A stretch of 64,000 bases of DNA, taken from positions 89,605,800 to 89,669,799 of the forward strand of contig NC_057718.1 in the NCBI RefSeq assembly GCF_004010195.1. The letters run 5' to 3'. Shown one piece after another: positions 23,001-35,000 of this stretch (position 1 is its first letter; every line of letters starts with the position of its first letter). This DNA comes from Chiloscyllium plagiosum. Its lineage: Eukaryota. The position numbers and the translations under genes are program-made. Under the pieces are notes generated by a model. It had not been told where the DNA came from. It saw only the letters and a list, made by a program, of their open reading frames with translations, and searched no databases.

Positions 23001-26000
23001 GCTCCATTTACTGTGCAATTCAGGTAAACAGTGTTAGCACTACTTGTGATTTAATTTCAATTTACTCACAGGGTGAGGGCATCACTGGCGAGGCTAGTAT
23101 TTATGACCCATTCCTAATTGCCCAGAGGGCAGTTAGGAGTCAACCACATTGCTATGTGTCTGGAATCACATGTAGGCCCGACCAGGTAAAGATGGCAGAT
23201 TTCTTTCCCAAAAGAATATTAGTTAACCGGATGGGCTTTTCCAGCAATTGACAATGGCTTCATGATCAGCATTAGATCCTTAATTCCAGATTCCTTATTG
23301 AATTCAAATTCTGCCACATGCAATGGCAGGATTTGAATCTGGGTCCCCAGAACATTAGCAGAGCTTCTGGATTAATAGACTAGCAATAGTATCACTAGGC
23401 CACCACCTCCCGATAATATATTCAAACCCATTCATCAATGATAAATAAAAATCACAAGGTCTTTCAAGACCTGCACCAAACAGGCATACAGTCTGCCAAC
23501 ATTGGCTTTTTCTGAATCTGTTTTCTGTCCATCTTGGGTGTTAGTTTTATGACTACTCACATCCCCACTGCACGTACACATGCAAATGCAATGAGACATT
23601 TGTAAATGTGCACGTAGTACAAGTACTCAAAGACACACATGCACAATGCAGTGATTGTAACGAGGTCAGCCAGCTGGCTCGCATTGGATATGAGTTCCCT
23701 GACTGGGGCTGTTAGCCTGGTCCAATCTGGGAGCACTGGCTGACAGATTAAAAAGGGGAGTGGTTAAGTCCGACTGCCTGCCCCTCTTCCATGGTTACGT
23801 TAGAGCCCGGGTGTCCTTGGAGAAGGAGCACGCGGTATCCACCAATACCCTGGAGTTGTTCAGGGAGAGGTGGGTGCCGCAGGGAGTGGAGTGCATTATT
23901 TCCCTCTCCAACTCTATTTTGATTTAATCCCTGCCCTCCCCTTCACTGTTTGATCACACAGCACTGCCCTTTGATGTGAAGGGCACTGCTTGTCACTGGC
24001 CACTCGGGTGTTTTCCAATCTTCCTGGTGGTGGAAATTGAATAAAGATTTGTGCACCTTGTGTCTTTCACTGTGTCTCACACCTGCACACACACAACATG
24101 GGTGCTGGGGAAAAAATAAAAAGGGGAGTGTCAGAGATGCTGACACTGTGATAGCTGGCTCTGAATGAGGCCGTATTAAAGTTTGTGTGTGAGTAAGTGG
24201 AGACTTGGTGACAGGATACCAGCCTCTATGGGGAGTTATTTCACAGGCACACATTCTTCAAATATGTCAGTTAAGGAGAGAAACATTTCACATGTGGGTC
24301 TCTTTGCTATTTTGCTTTTAAGGAATATTCCTGCTGAATCTCTCCTTATGTGCTATTTACTTGAAATTTTTACCTCAATATTCTGGATGCAACCGTCCAC
24401 ACGAAATAAAATTGCATCTAACAGTTACTTCAGAATATATACTCAACAGCTTGACTCCACCCAGGGCAATGCAGCTCACTTGATCAGCACCACAGCCATA
24501 AACATCCACCCCCTCCACCACCAACACTCAGTAGTAGCAGTGTGTACCACGTACCAGATGTACTGCAGAAACTCACCAAGGTTCCTTCCACAGCACCTTC
24601 CACTTCGACATAGAAAGGCAAGGGCAGCAGGTAGATGGGAACACCAGTAATTACAAGCTCCCCTCCACAATGCTCACCATCCTGACTTGAAAATATACCG
24701 CTGCTCTTCAGTGTCACTGGAAATGCCCCCTGTAATGGCGTTGTGGATCTACCTAAAGCACATAGACTGCAGAGGTTCAAGAAGGCAGCTCACCAACACC
24801 TTCACAAGGGCAACTAGGGACAGGCAATAAATGCTGGGCCCAGCCAGCGATGCCCACGTTGTCTGAATGAATTATAAAAAAGTTGTTTCTCTTTCTCCGT
24901 CTCTCTAACTCTTACTTCAATTGGTCACAACAAATGTCAATCATCCACTCTCACCTGAAAGTGCTCCTGGGTTAGATTTCCAGCAGGGGTTGGGTATTAA
25001 GCTGACATTGCGGAGCATGCCAACTGCAATCCAGTGTTATACCCAGGTGCCACGTCTGCCCCACACGTACGTACCTCCATATCTTGCACGTAAGTCTTGA
25101 TATTGAGAAAAGACACATCGACTGGTGAGTTCTGTTTCTCATTCGCTGTCTCCACGAAACTCTTCAGAGCCGATACTCCGTCCAGATACTCCTTCTTCAG
25201 CTTGTCCACTTCATCCGCCCGGGCGTACTGCAACGGGGACATGACACAGTTAGCTCAGAGGTTGGAAGGCAATCATACCCTCCACTAATAGAGTTGGGAA
25301 GAGTATCACCCCCTAACCCAGCTGGCTCCAAGCTTACTTCACAATACAACCCCATTCATCTCCAAATACCCAGAAATAATGTTTCTGTCTCCTCCTTATA
25401 CTTCAATACAAGCTGCTGGAAGACACAGGTTCCACACAGGAAATTTGCGTCCCTTAGTCGTGGGGGCAAGAACCAGGAGAGACAGACTCAAAATAAGGGT
25501 CAGGTTGATTGGCGATAAGGAGGAATTTGTTCATTCAGAGGCCGGTGAGTCTTTGGAAATATAAACAGAAAATTCAGCAGGTCTGGCAGCGTCTGCCGAG
25601 AGAAACCAGAGTTAACGTTCTGAGGAAGGGTCACTGGACCCAGACGTTAATTCGGATTTCTCTCCACAGATGCTGCCGGACCTGCTGAGCTTTTCCAGCA
25701 ATTTCTGATTTCGTTTCTGATTTACAGCATCCGCAATTCTTTCAGGTTTTACTTGGTAAATCTTTGGAGTTTTCTACGCTCGAGTGTCGGGAGAGCTCAA
25801 TCATTGACTACGTTCCAGACAAGGATTGATAGATTTCGCGAGACTGAACCTATCAAGGGATAGTGTTGGAAAATGACACTGAGATAGAAAACCAGACATG
25901 ATCTAATTGAAGGGTGGAGCAGGTTTGAGGGGCTGAATGGCCTCTTCCTGGAGCTATTTCCTGGAAGATATTTTCCTAATCAATCTGGTCAGAGATGTTA

Positions 26001-29000
26001 CAATGCCTCTGAAGCAGGGGGACTTGATCCAGAAGCTCCTGCTTCAGAGGTAGGGACATTACCACTGCACCATAAGAGCCCTTCATACAATAGCTATCCT
26101 TGAATAGTGGTGACCATGAATTGGTTCCCTCTAAAGTGTTCTGATTAAACAGCAACATCTCATCACTTTTCAAAGATCCACTTAGTATCACAGAATCCCT
26201 GCAGTGTGGAAAGAGACAATTCGACCCATCAAGTCTGCACTAACTCTCTGAAGGGTACTCACCCTAACTCTATATCCCCGGATATTCCCATGGCTAACCC
26301 ACCTAACCTACACATTCCTGGGCACTATGGGGCAATATAGCATGGCCAATCCACCTGACCTGCACATCTTTGGACTGTGGGAGGAAACCGGAGCACCCCC
26401 ACGCAGACACGGGGAGAAAGTGCAAACTCTACACAGTCAGTCACCCGAAGCTGGAATCGAACCCGGGTCCCTGTGGCTGTGAGGCAATAGCACTAACCAC
26501 TGAGCTATCCTCTGGGACAGTGGGATGGAGATGATAAAAAGGTTCCTCTCCTGAAAATTGTCAAATTTGTTGTAAAAATCCGAGAAATCCTTATGCTAAT
26601 AGGATGAATATCCAGCAATGTCTCCTTGGACATGAGCACACAGGTGACTCCTGTCCAACCGCAGAAGCTTGGTTTTTAATGCAACCTGAAGTGACCTCGC
26701 AAACCACTCCACTGATGCAAGAACGAGGATTAGTGTCATCTTCAAAAGGCATCAGATGATTCAGAATAATTACTGGCCACAAACAGCATAATGGTGGCCG
26801 CTCCCACTCTTTGAATAGCCCTGAACACAGAGCCCTTCCAAGCTGCGAGTTGTCCCTTTCTCCCGTGTCATCCAGCACTGCTGGCCTCTGGGATTTTCCA
26901 ATTCTAAAAGGAGGCGAAATTGGACCTGGATCGACCTACATGTTTCACTTTGACGAAGAGCTCCCTCCAACGCCCGTTCAGTAACAGCAGCTGCTGTTTG
27001 AGATCTCGGGAGACTGATTCGTCGCATGTCTCGATGAGGAAATTCCCAGCATCATTCATGACGGAGTGCTGTTGGATCCAGTGAGGGAGGTGTCGGAAGA
27101 AGTCCTTCAAACACAAACGTATAAATAACGAATGTTAAATACGAGTGATTGGTGCAACAGCCCAAAATGATGTCCCCTTCACAGAGGACATTGGGAGGCA
27201 ACAGGCGCATCAACTTTTTTCTTTCGAATCCCTACAGTAGGGAAACAGGCCCTTCGGCCCAACAAGTCCACACTGACCCTCCAAAGAGTACACCACCCAG
27301 ACCCATTCCCCAACCCTATTACTCTACATTTACCCCCAACTAATGCACCCAACCTACACACCCCTGAACACTATAGGCAATTTAGTATGACCAATTCACC
27401 AAACCTGCACATCTTTGGTTCATGGGAGGAAACTAGAGCACCCAAAAGATGCTTATTATTCTATTATTCCTTGTCCCTCAGTACACCTAGAGGAAATCCA
27501 CACAGACAGGGGGAGAAAGTGCAAACTCCACACACAGTGGTCCAAGGCTGGAACTGAACCCAAATCCCTGCTGCGAGGCAGCAGTGCTAACCACTGATCC
27601 ACTGTGATGCCCACAACCTGCTTAAAGTGAAGTCTTGGGTGTTGTGACTTTAAGCCAGAAGGATATGCTCCAGTGCTCAAGCCAATGGCCTCACTGAGGA
27701 AGAGATGGACATTAAGGGATTCCGTCCTCCTGAAGAAAATGCATTGAAACCCTGGCGATATGACGTCAAACAGCCCGAGTGAAAAAAAACCAATACTTCA
27801 ACATTCAACCTTCAACCTTCAACCGCTACCAAAGGCAAGTTAATGTTGACATTCAACAAACCATCATTAATGGGATCTTGCTTTGCATGTAATGGCTATC
27901 ATATCTGCTTGCAGAATGACAATGGTTTCACTCCAAAGTCACTAATCTGAAGAGGTGGTTGTGAGTGGTCCGCAACTTAAAACACATTTGGGCTCTTTAA
28001 TCCAGGGCTGAATACCTGTGATAGTCACAGTCAGCAAGTCAGGCACAGACTGTGCTGAAAACTGCATTTACTTTTCAAAGCTAAGTTACGGTACAGGTTT
28101 CCAATTGATGCTATTTGTAGAATCACAACTGTAAAATCTCCCATGAACCTTCTTTGTGGAATGGAACTGTCTATTATTTTCTGAAAGGAACATTCCTTTG
28201 AATGTTCAGGAGTGGTAACATACTGTGACACATGGGGCTGCAAGTAAGTTTGTAATTAAAAACAACCAGTTTTAACAACAGAAATACTCCTGCCACCGAA
28301 TAATCTGATTTTAATTCAATAAAAATAGCTTCATTAAAAAGCATTTATTACCTGAAGAAATTAAATGTTAAGTATACTTATTAAAATAACTTTTAAAAGT
28401 TAAAAATGTAATGTTTAAAAACTTGTGTAAAATGCCTACTGGGTGTCCCTGCATCCAAAAATATGTTTAAGTTAAAGAGACTTCTTGTACGTTTACAGTG
28501 GAGCACAAATGCCAGAAACTCAGGATGCTAACTGATTCAATCTGATGTGTGGTCAGTTCTCCAGACAGTCTTTTGAAATCAATGGTAAAAATTGCAGAAA
28601 CTCGATATACAGTGAGTGTGATTTGTGCTTGAAATATCCTGTTCGTTCATGGTGATTTTGGGATCACGACAAGTTCACTGTCCAGATTAAGCTCTTAATT
28701 TCCACATACAGCTTGCTCTGCTAAGTTGCGCATTTTGTTCACACAAGTTCGTTCGAACACGATTGCCGAATTGGGGATACTGCTTCTAAAGTGCACGTGT
28801 ATTGGTTACAAGGCGATTGCAGTCCCATTAGTTTCAATGGTGCTGCTATTGTTCCATTTTCGTATGACACAGGATCACACCAGAACGGAAATGCCATGTC
28901 ACAGCAGAACTGACTGTAGAAGCATTTGAACCAAAATATGCAGTAAATTCTGATTTGCCTCACTCCCACTGCTCCTGGATTCCTCCCAGATGCTAAACCC

Positions 29001-32000
29001 ATCTCAAGTCCTCACACTCCAGGATGATATCAATCTGTGTCAGCATCATGTGATATTCACAAGGGGGTTAATTCTATACTCATTGATGTTTCAATTCATA
29101 CAAGCCTGCTGTTAACCAACAGAAGCTCACTATTATCGGATGTCAGTTCAGTCTCACCCCATACCAGCTCACCACTTCCCTATTATCCAACTGTTTTTTT
29201 TAAAATTAATTCTCGGGATCAGGGTGATCCCTGGCTAGACCCATCAGGCAGTTAAGAGTCAACCCCATCGCTGTGGGTCTGGAGTCACATGTAAGCCAGA
29301 CCAGGTAAGGATGGCACTTTCCTCCCCGAGAGGGCATTAGTGAACCAGATGGGTTTTGCACCCCCCCCACAAACATGGTCACCATTAGAATCTTCGTTCC
29401 ATTTTTTATAACACCTCATAGAGTCATACAGCACAGAAACGGACCCTTCATTCCAACTTATCCATGGCGACCAGATATCCTAACCTAAGCTAACTTGGCC
29501 CATGTCCCTCTAAACCCTTCCTATTCATATCCCCATCCAGATGCCCTTTAAATGCTGTAATTATACCAGCCTCCACCACTTCCTCTGGAGGCTCATTCCA
29601 TACTCCAAACACTTAGTGGGGTTTGAACCTGGGTCCCCAGAGCATTAACCGAGTTTCTGGACTAATAGTCGAGTGATAATACCAGTAGGCCACTGTCTCC
29701 CCACTGATCACAATCCTGCATTTGCACCGGATTAGCCTGACATCAATGTATTGTCACCACTGCCTGCTATCACTCACCTATTGCCCCTTTTTTTTTAGAT
29801 TACTTACAGTGTGGAAACAGGCCCTTCGGCCCAACAAATCCACACCGACCTGCCGAATCGCACCCACCCAGACCCATTCCCCTACATTTACCCCTGCACC
29901 TAACACTACAGGCAATTTAGCGTGGCCAATTCACCTAACCTGCACATTTTTGGAGTGTGGGAGGAAACCGGAGCACCCGGAGGAAACCCACGCAGACACG
30001 GGGAGAATGTGCAAACTCCACACAGTCGGTCGCCTGAGGCGGGAATTGAACCCGGGTCTCTGGAGCTGTGAGGCAGCAGTGCTAACCACTGTGCCACCGT
30101 GCCGCCCACTTTTCCAGCTCACTGTTACCCAGTGCCTGCTCACTGCTTCTCCTGTACCCCTTCACTTTGTCATTACACTGATGGTTCAGTTGTCTTTAAA
30201 AAGAGAAGGGAGAAGACTCCCATTGTACAGGTTTTACCTTCTTGACGAGTTCTGGCTGATTCAGCATTTTCTCGCCGTCTTCCAGCCAGGCCTGGAGAGT
30301 TGCCACTGTGCTGCTGTACCTGTCCCAGTTGGTGACCACCTCCTCCAGCATGCTCCTCACACTGCGCACCTCCACTGACAGATTGCGCCACTGCACCGTC
30401 GAGTCGCTCAGGAACTTGCTGACGGTCTCTCTCTCTTCAGCTGCAGGGGACAAGACGAGACAGGGTGAGATCCTCGAGTACAGCGGGCAGAGGATGCGGG
30501 CAAAGATGCCAGCCCCCGGCGCCCAGAGGTAGCGGTTACCTGAGTTTTCGACTTTCAGGTAAGCATCGGCCGCGTGCTTCAGAGACTGGAAGGTGACCTC
30601 ATAGTGTCCAAAGAACTTGTTGCCTTCCACAAATGACTGCAGAGAAAGATCAAAGCTGTCAACGGGGGATTTGGGAGTCTTTTACACTGAAAAACTAATA
30701 AGCTAACTTTGAAAAAAACAATGGACTGATTCGAGAGTGATGTGCTGGAAAAGCACAGCAGGCCGGGTAGCATTTGAGGAGCAGGAGAATCGACATTTTG
30801 GGCATAAGCCCTTCATCAGGAATGAGGATCAACCGCGCCCAACAGACTGATGCCGATAAGTCAAGAGGGAATTGTAAAGGGGAGGAACTGAAGTCATGCA
30901 GAATCTCAGTGACATTTCCCAGATTTCCACACCCTGTTTTTCCTTTGTAAACAACAGCTTCCTGATACTACCCCAGAATGGTCTGGTTCTAAGATTAAGG
31001 GAATGCTCTTCTGCTGAACGATTGCCTTCCATTCTGGTCAGCACATGACGGGGTCGATGTGGAAGCTCTGGAGAGGGTGTGGAAGAGGTTTACCAGGATG
31101 CTGCCTGGATTAGAGGCTACAAGCTGTCAGGAGAGGCTGGATAGACTGGGGTTGTTTTCTCTGACGTGGCGGAGGCTGAGGGAAGGCTTGATAGAATTCC
31201 ATAAAATAATGAGATGCATAGATAGGATTGACAGTCCGAATCTTTCTTCCCCAGAGTTGAAATATCTCATACTCAGGGGCACACAATAAAGGTGAGAGGG
31301 GGAAAGTTCAAAGGAGATGTGAGGGACAAGGTTGTTACACACAGTGTGGTAGGAGTCTGGAACGCACTACCAGGGGTGGTAGCAGAGGCAGTTACAATAG
31401 GGCTGTTTAAGGGGCTTTTAGATAAGCACATGAATATGCGAGAAATGGAGGGATATGGACTAAGGGAAGGTAGAAGGGATTAAGTTAATTTGGCGCCATG
31501 TTCAGCACAATCTCGTGGGCTGAAGGGCCTGTACCTGTGCTGTACAGGTCTCCATTCTATACATTACCCCTGAATGGCCTGGCTCTAATATTAAGGAAAT
31601 GTCCCTTGCTTGTGGAACAGCCCCTCCTGCCACCCTGTCAATTTCTAAGTAAAAACAATGACTGCAGATGCTGGAAACCAGATTCTGGATTAGTGGTGCT
31701 GGAAGAGCACAGCAGTTCAGGCAGCATCCAAGGAGCTTCGAAATCGACGTTTCGGGCAAAAGCCCTTTATCAGGAATAAAGGCAGTGAGCCTGAAGTGTG
31801 GAGAGATAAGCTAGAGGAGGGTGACCCTGTCAGTTTCTCTCTGTCCACCCTGTCAGTTTCTCTCTGTCCACCCTGTCAGTTTCTCTCTGTCCACCCTGTC
31901 AGTTTCTCTCTGTCCACCCTGTCAGTTTCTCTCTGTCCACCCTGTCAGTTTCTCTCTGTCCACCCTGTCAGTTTCTCTCTGTCCACCCTGTCAGTTTCTC

Positions 32001-35000
32001 TCTGTCCACCCTGTCAGTTTCTCTCTGTCCACCCTGTCAGTTTCTCTCTGTCCACCCTGTCAGTTTCTCTCTGTCCACCCTGTCAGTTTCTCTCTGTCCA
32101 CCCTGTCAGTTTCTCTCTGTCCACCCTGTCAGTTTCTCTCTGTCCACCCTGTCAGTTTCTCTCTGTCCACCCTGTCAGTTTCTCTCTGTCCACCCTGTCA
32201 GTTTCTCTCTGTCCACCCTGTCAGTTTCTCTCTGTCCACCCTGTCAGTTTCTCTCTGTCCACCCTGTCAGTTTCTCTCTGTCCACCCTGTCAGTTTCTCT
32301 CTGTCCACCCTGTCAGTTTCTCTCTGTCCACCCTGTCAGTTTCTCTCTGTCCACCCTGTCAGTTTCTCTCTGTCCACCCTGTCAGTTTCTCTCTGTCCAC
32401 CCTGTCAGTTTCTCTCTGTCCACCCTGTCAGTTTCTCTCTGTCCACCCTGTCAGTTTCTCTCTGTCCACCCTGTCAGTTTCTCTCTGTCCACCCTGTCAG
32501 TTTCTCTCTGTCCACCCTGTCAGTTTCTCTCTGTCCACCCTGTCAGTTTCTCTCTGTCCACCCTGTCAGTTTCTCTCTGTCCACCCTGTCAGTTTCTCTC
32601 TGTCCACCCTGTCAGTTTCTCTCTGTCCACCCTGTCAGTTTCTCTCTGTCCACCCTGTCAGTTTCTCTCTGTCCACCCTGTCAGTTTCTCTCTGTCCACC
32701 CTGTCAGTTTCTCTCTGTCCACCCTGTCAGTTTCTCTCTGTCCACCCTGTCAGTTTCTCTCTGTCCACCCTGTCAGTTTCTCTCTGTCCACCCTGTCAGT
32801 TTCTCTCTGTCCACCCTGTCAGTTTCTCTCTGTCCACCCTGTCAGTTTCTCTCTGTCCACCCTGTCAGTTTCTCTCTGTCCACCCTGTCAGTTTCTCTCT
32901 GTCCACCCTGTCAGTTTCTCTCTGTCCACCCTGTCAGTTTCTCTCTGTCCACCCTGTCAGTTTCTCTCTGTCCACCCTGTCAGTTTCTCTCTGTCCACCC
33001 TGTCAGTTTCTCTCTGTCCACCCTGTCAGTTTCTCTCTGTCCACCCTGTCAGTTTCTCTCTGTCCACCCTGTCAGTTTCTCTCTGTCCACCCTGTCAGTT
33101 TCTCTCTGTCCACCCTGTCAGTTTCTCTCTGTCCACCCTGTCAGTTTCTCTCTGTCCACCCTGTCAGTTTCTCTCTGTCCACCCTGTCAGTTTCTCTCTG
33201 TCCACCCTGTCAGTTTCTCTCTGTCCACCCTGTCAGTTTCTCTCTGTCCACCCTGTCAGTTTCTCTCTGTCCACCCTGTCAGTTTCTCTCTGTCCACCCT
33301 GTCAGTTTCTCTCTGTCCACCCTGTCAGTTTCTCTCTGTCCACCCTGTCAGTTTCTCTCTGTCCACCCTGTCAGTTTCTCTCTGTCCACCCTGTCAGTTT
33401 CTCTCTGTCCACCCTGTCAGTTTCTCTCTGTCCACCCTGTCAGTTTCTCTCTGTCCACCCTGTCAGTTTCTCTCTGTCCACCCTGTCAGTTTCTCTCTGT
33501 CCACCCTGTCAGTTTCTCTCTGTCCACCCTGTCAGTTTCTCTCTGTCCACCCTGTCAGTTTCTCTCTGTCCACCCTGTCAGTTTCTCTCTGTCCACCCTG
33601 TCAGTTTCTCTCTGTCCACCCTGTCAGTTTCTCTCTGTCCACCCTGTCAGTTTCTCTCTGTCCACCCTGTCAGTTTCTCTCTGTCCACCCTGTCAGTTTC
33701 TCTCTGTCCACCCTGTCAGTTTCTCTCTGTCCACCCTGTCAGTTTCTCTCTGTCCACCCTGTCAGTTTCTCTCTGTCCACCCTGTCAGTTTCTCTCTGTC
33801 CACCCTGTCAGTTTCTCTCTGTCCACCCTGTCAGTTTCTCTCTGTCCACCCTGTCAGTTTCTCTCTGTCCACCCTGTCAGTTTCTCTCTGTCCACCCTGT
33901 CAGTTTCTCTCTGTCCACCCTGTCAGTTTCTCTCTGTCCACCCTGTCAGTTTCTCTCTGTCCACCCTGTCAGTTTCTCTCTGTCCACCCTGTCAGTTTCT
34001 CTCTGTCCACCCTGTCAGTTTCTCTCTGTCCACCCTGTCAGTTTCTCTCTGTCCACCCTGTCAGTTTCTCTCTGTCCACCCTGTCAGTTTCTCTCTGTCC
34101 ACCCTGTCAGTTTCTCTCTGTCCACCCTGTCAGTTTCTCTCTGTCCACCCTGTCAGTTTCTCTCTGTCCACCCTGTCAGTTTCTCTCTGTCCACCCTGTC
34201 AGTTTCTCTCTGTCCACCCTGTCAGTTTCTCTCTGTCCACCCTGTCAGTTTCTCTCTGTCCACCCTGTCAGTTTCTCTCTGTCCACCCTGTCAGTTTCTC
34301 TCTGTCCACCCTGTCAGTTTCTCTCTGTCCACCCTGTCAGTTTCTCTCTGTCCACCCTGTCAGTTTCTCTCTGTCCACCCTGTCAGTTTCTCTCTGTCCA
34401 CCCTGTCAGTTTCTCTCTGTCCACCCTGTCAGTTTCTCTCTGTCCACCCTGTCAGTTTCTCTCTGTCCACCCTGTCAGTTTCTCTCTGTCCACCCTGTCA
34501 GTTTCTCTCTGTCCACCCTGTCAGTTTCTCTCTGTCCACCCTGTCAGTTTCTCTCTGTCCACCCTGTCAGTTTCTCTCTGTCCACCCTGTCAGTTTCTCT
34601 CTGTCCACCCTGTCAGTTTCTCTCTGTCCACCCTGTCAGTTTCTCTCTGTCCACCCTGTCAGTTTCTCTCTGTCCACCCTGTCAGTTTCTCTCTGTCCAC
34701 CCTGTCAGTTTCTCTCTGTCCACCCTGTCAGCTTTTTCCTTTTCACCCTGTCAGTTTCTCTCTGACCACCCTGTCAGTTTCTCTCTGTCCACCCTGTCAG
34801 TTTCTCTCTGTCCACCCTGTCAGTTTCTCTCACCCATCCTGTCAGTTTCTCTCTGTCCACCCTGTCAGTTTCTCTCTGTCCACCCTGTCAGTTTCTCTCT
34901 ATCAACCCTGTCAGTTTCTCTCTATCAACCCTGTCAGTTTCTCTCACCCATCGAGTCAGTTTCTCTCTATCAACCCTGTCAATTTCTCTCTGTCCACCCT

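Noticed and set aside
29722..30143. Many 60-220 aa ORFs with motifs such as [23 protein letters not shown] or ERVQKRFTRM
   Set aside because: Translations of HE1 SINEs, CR1 fragments and PLE ends, not host genes.
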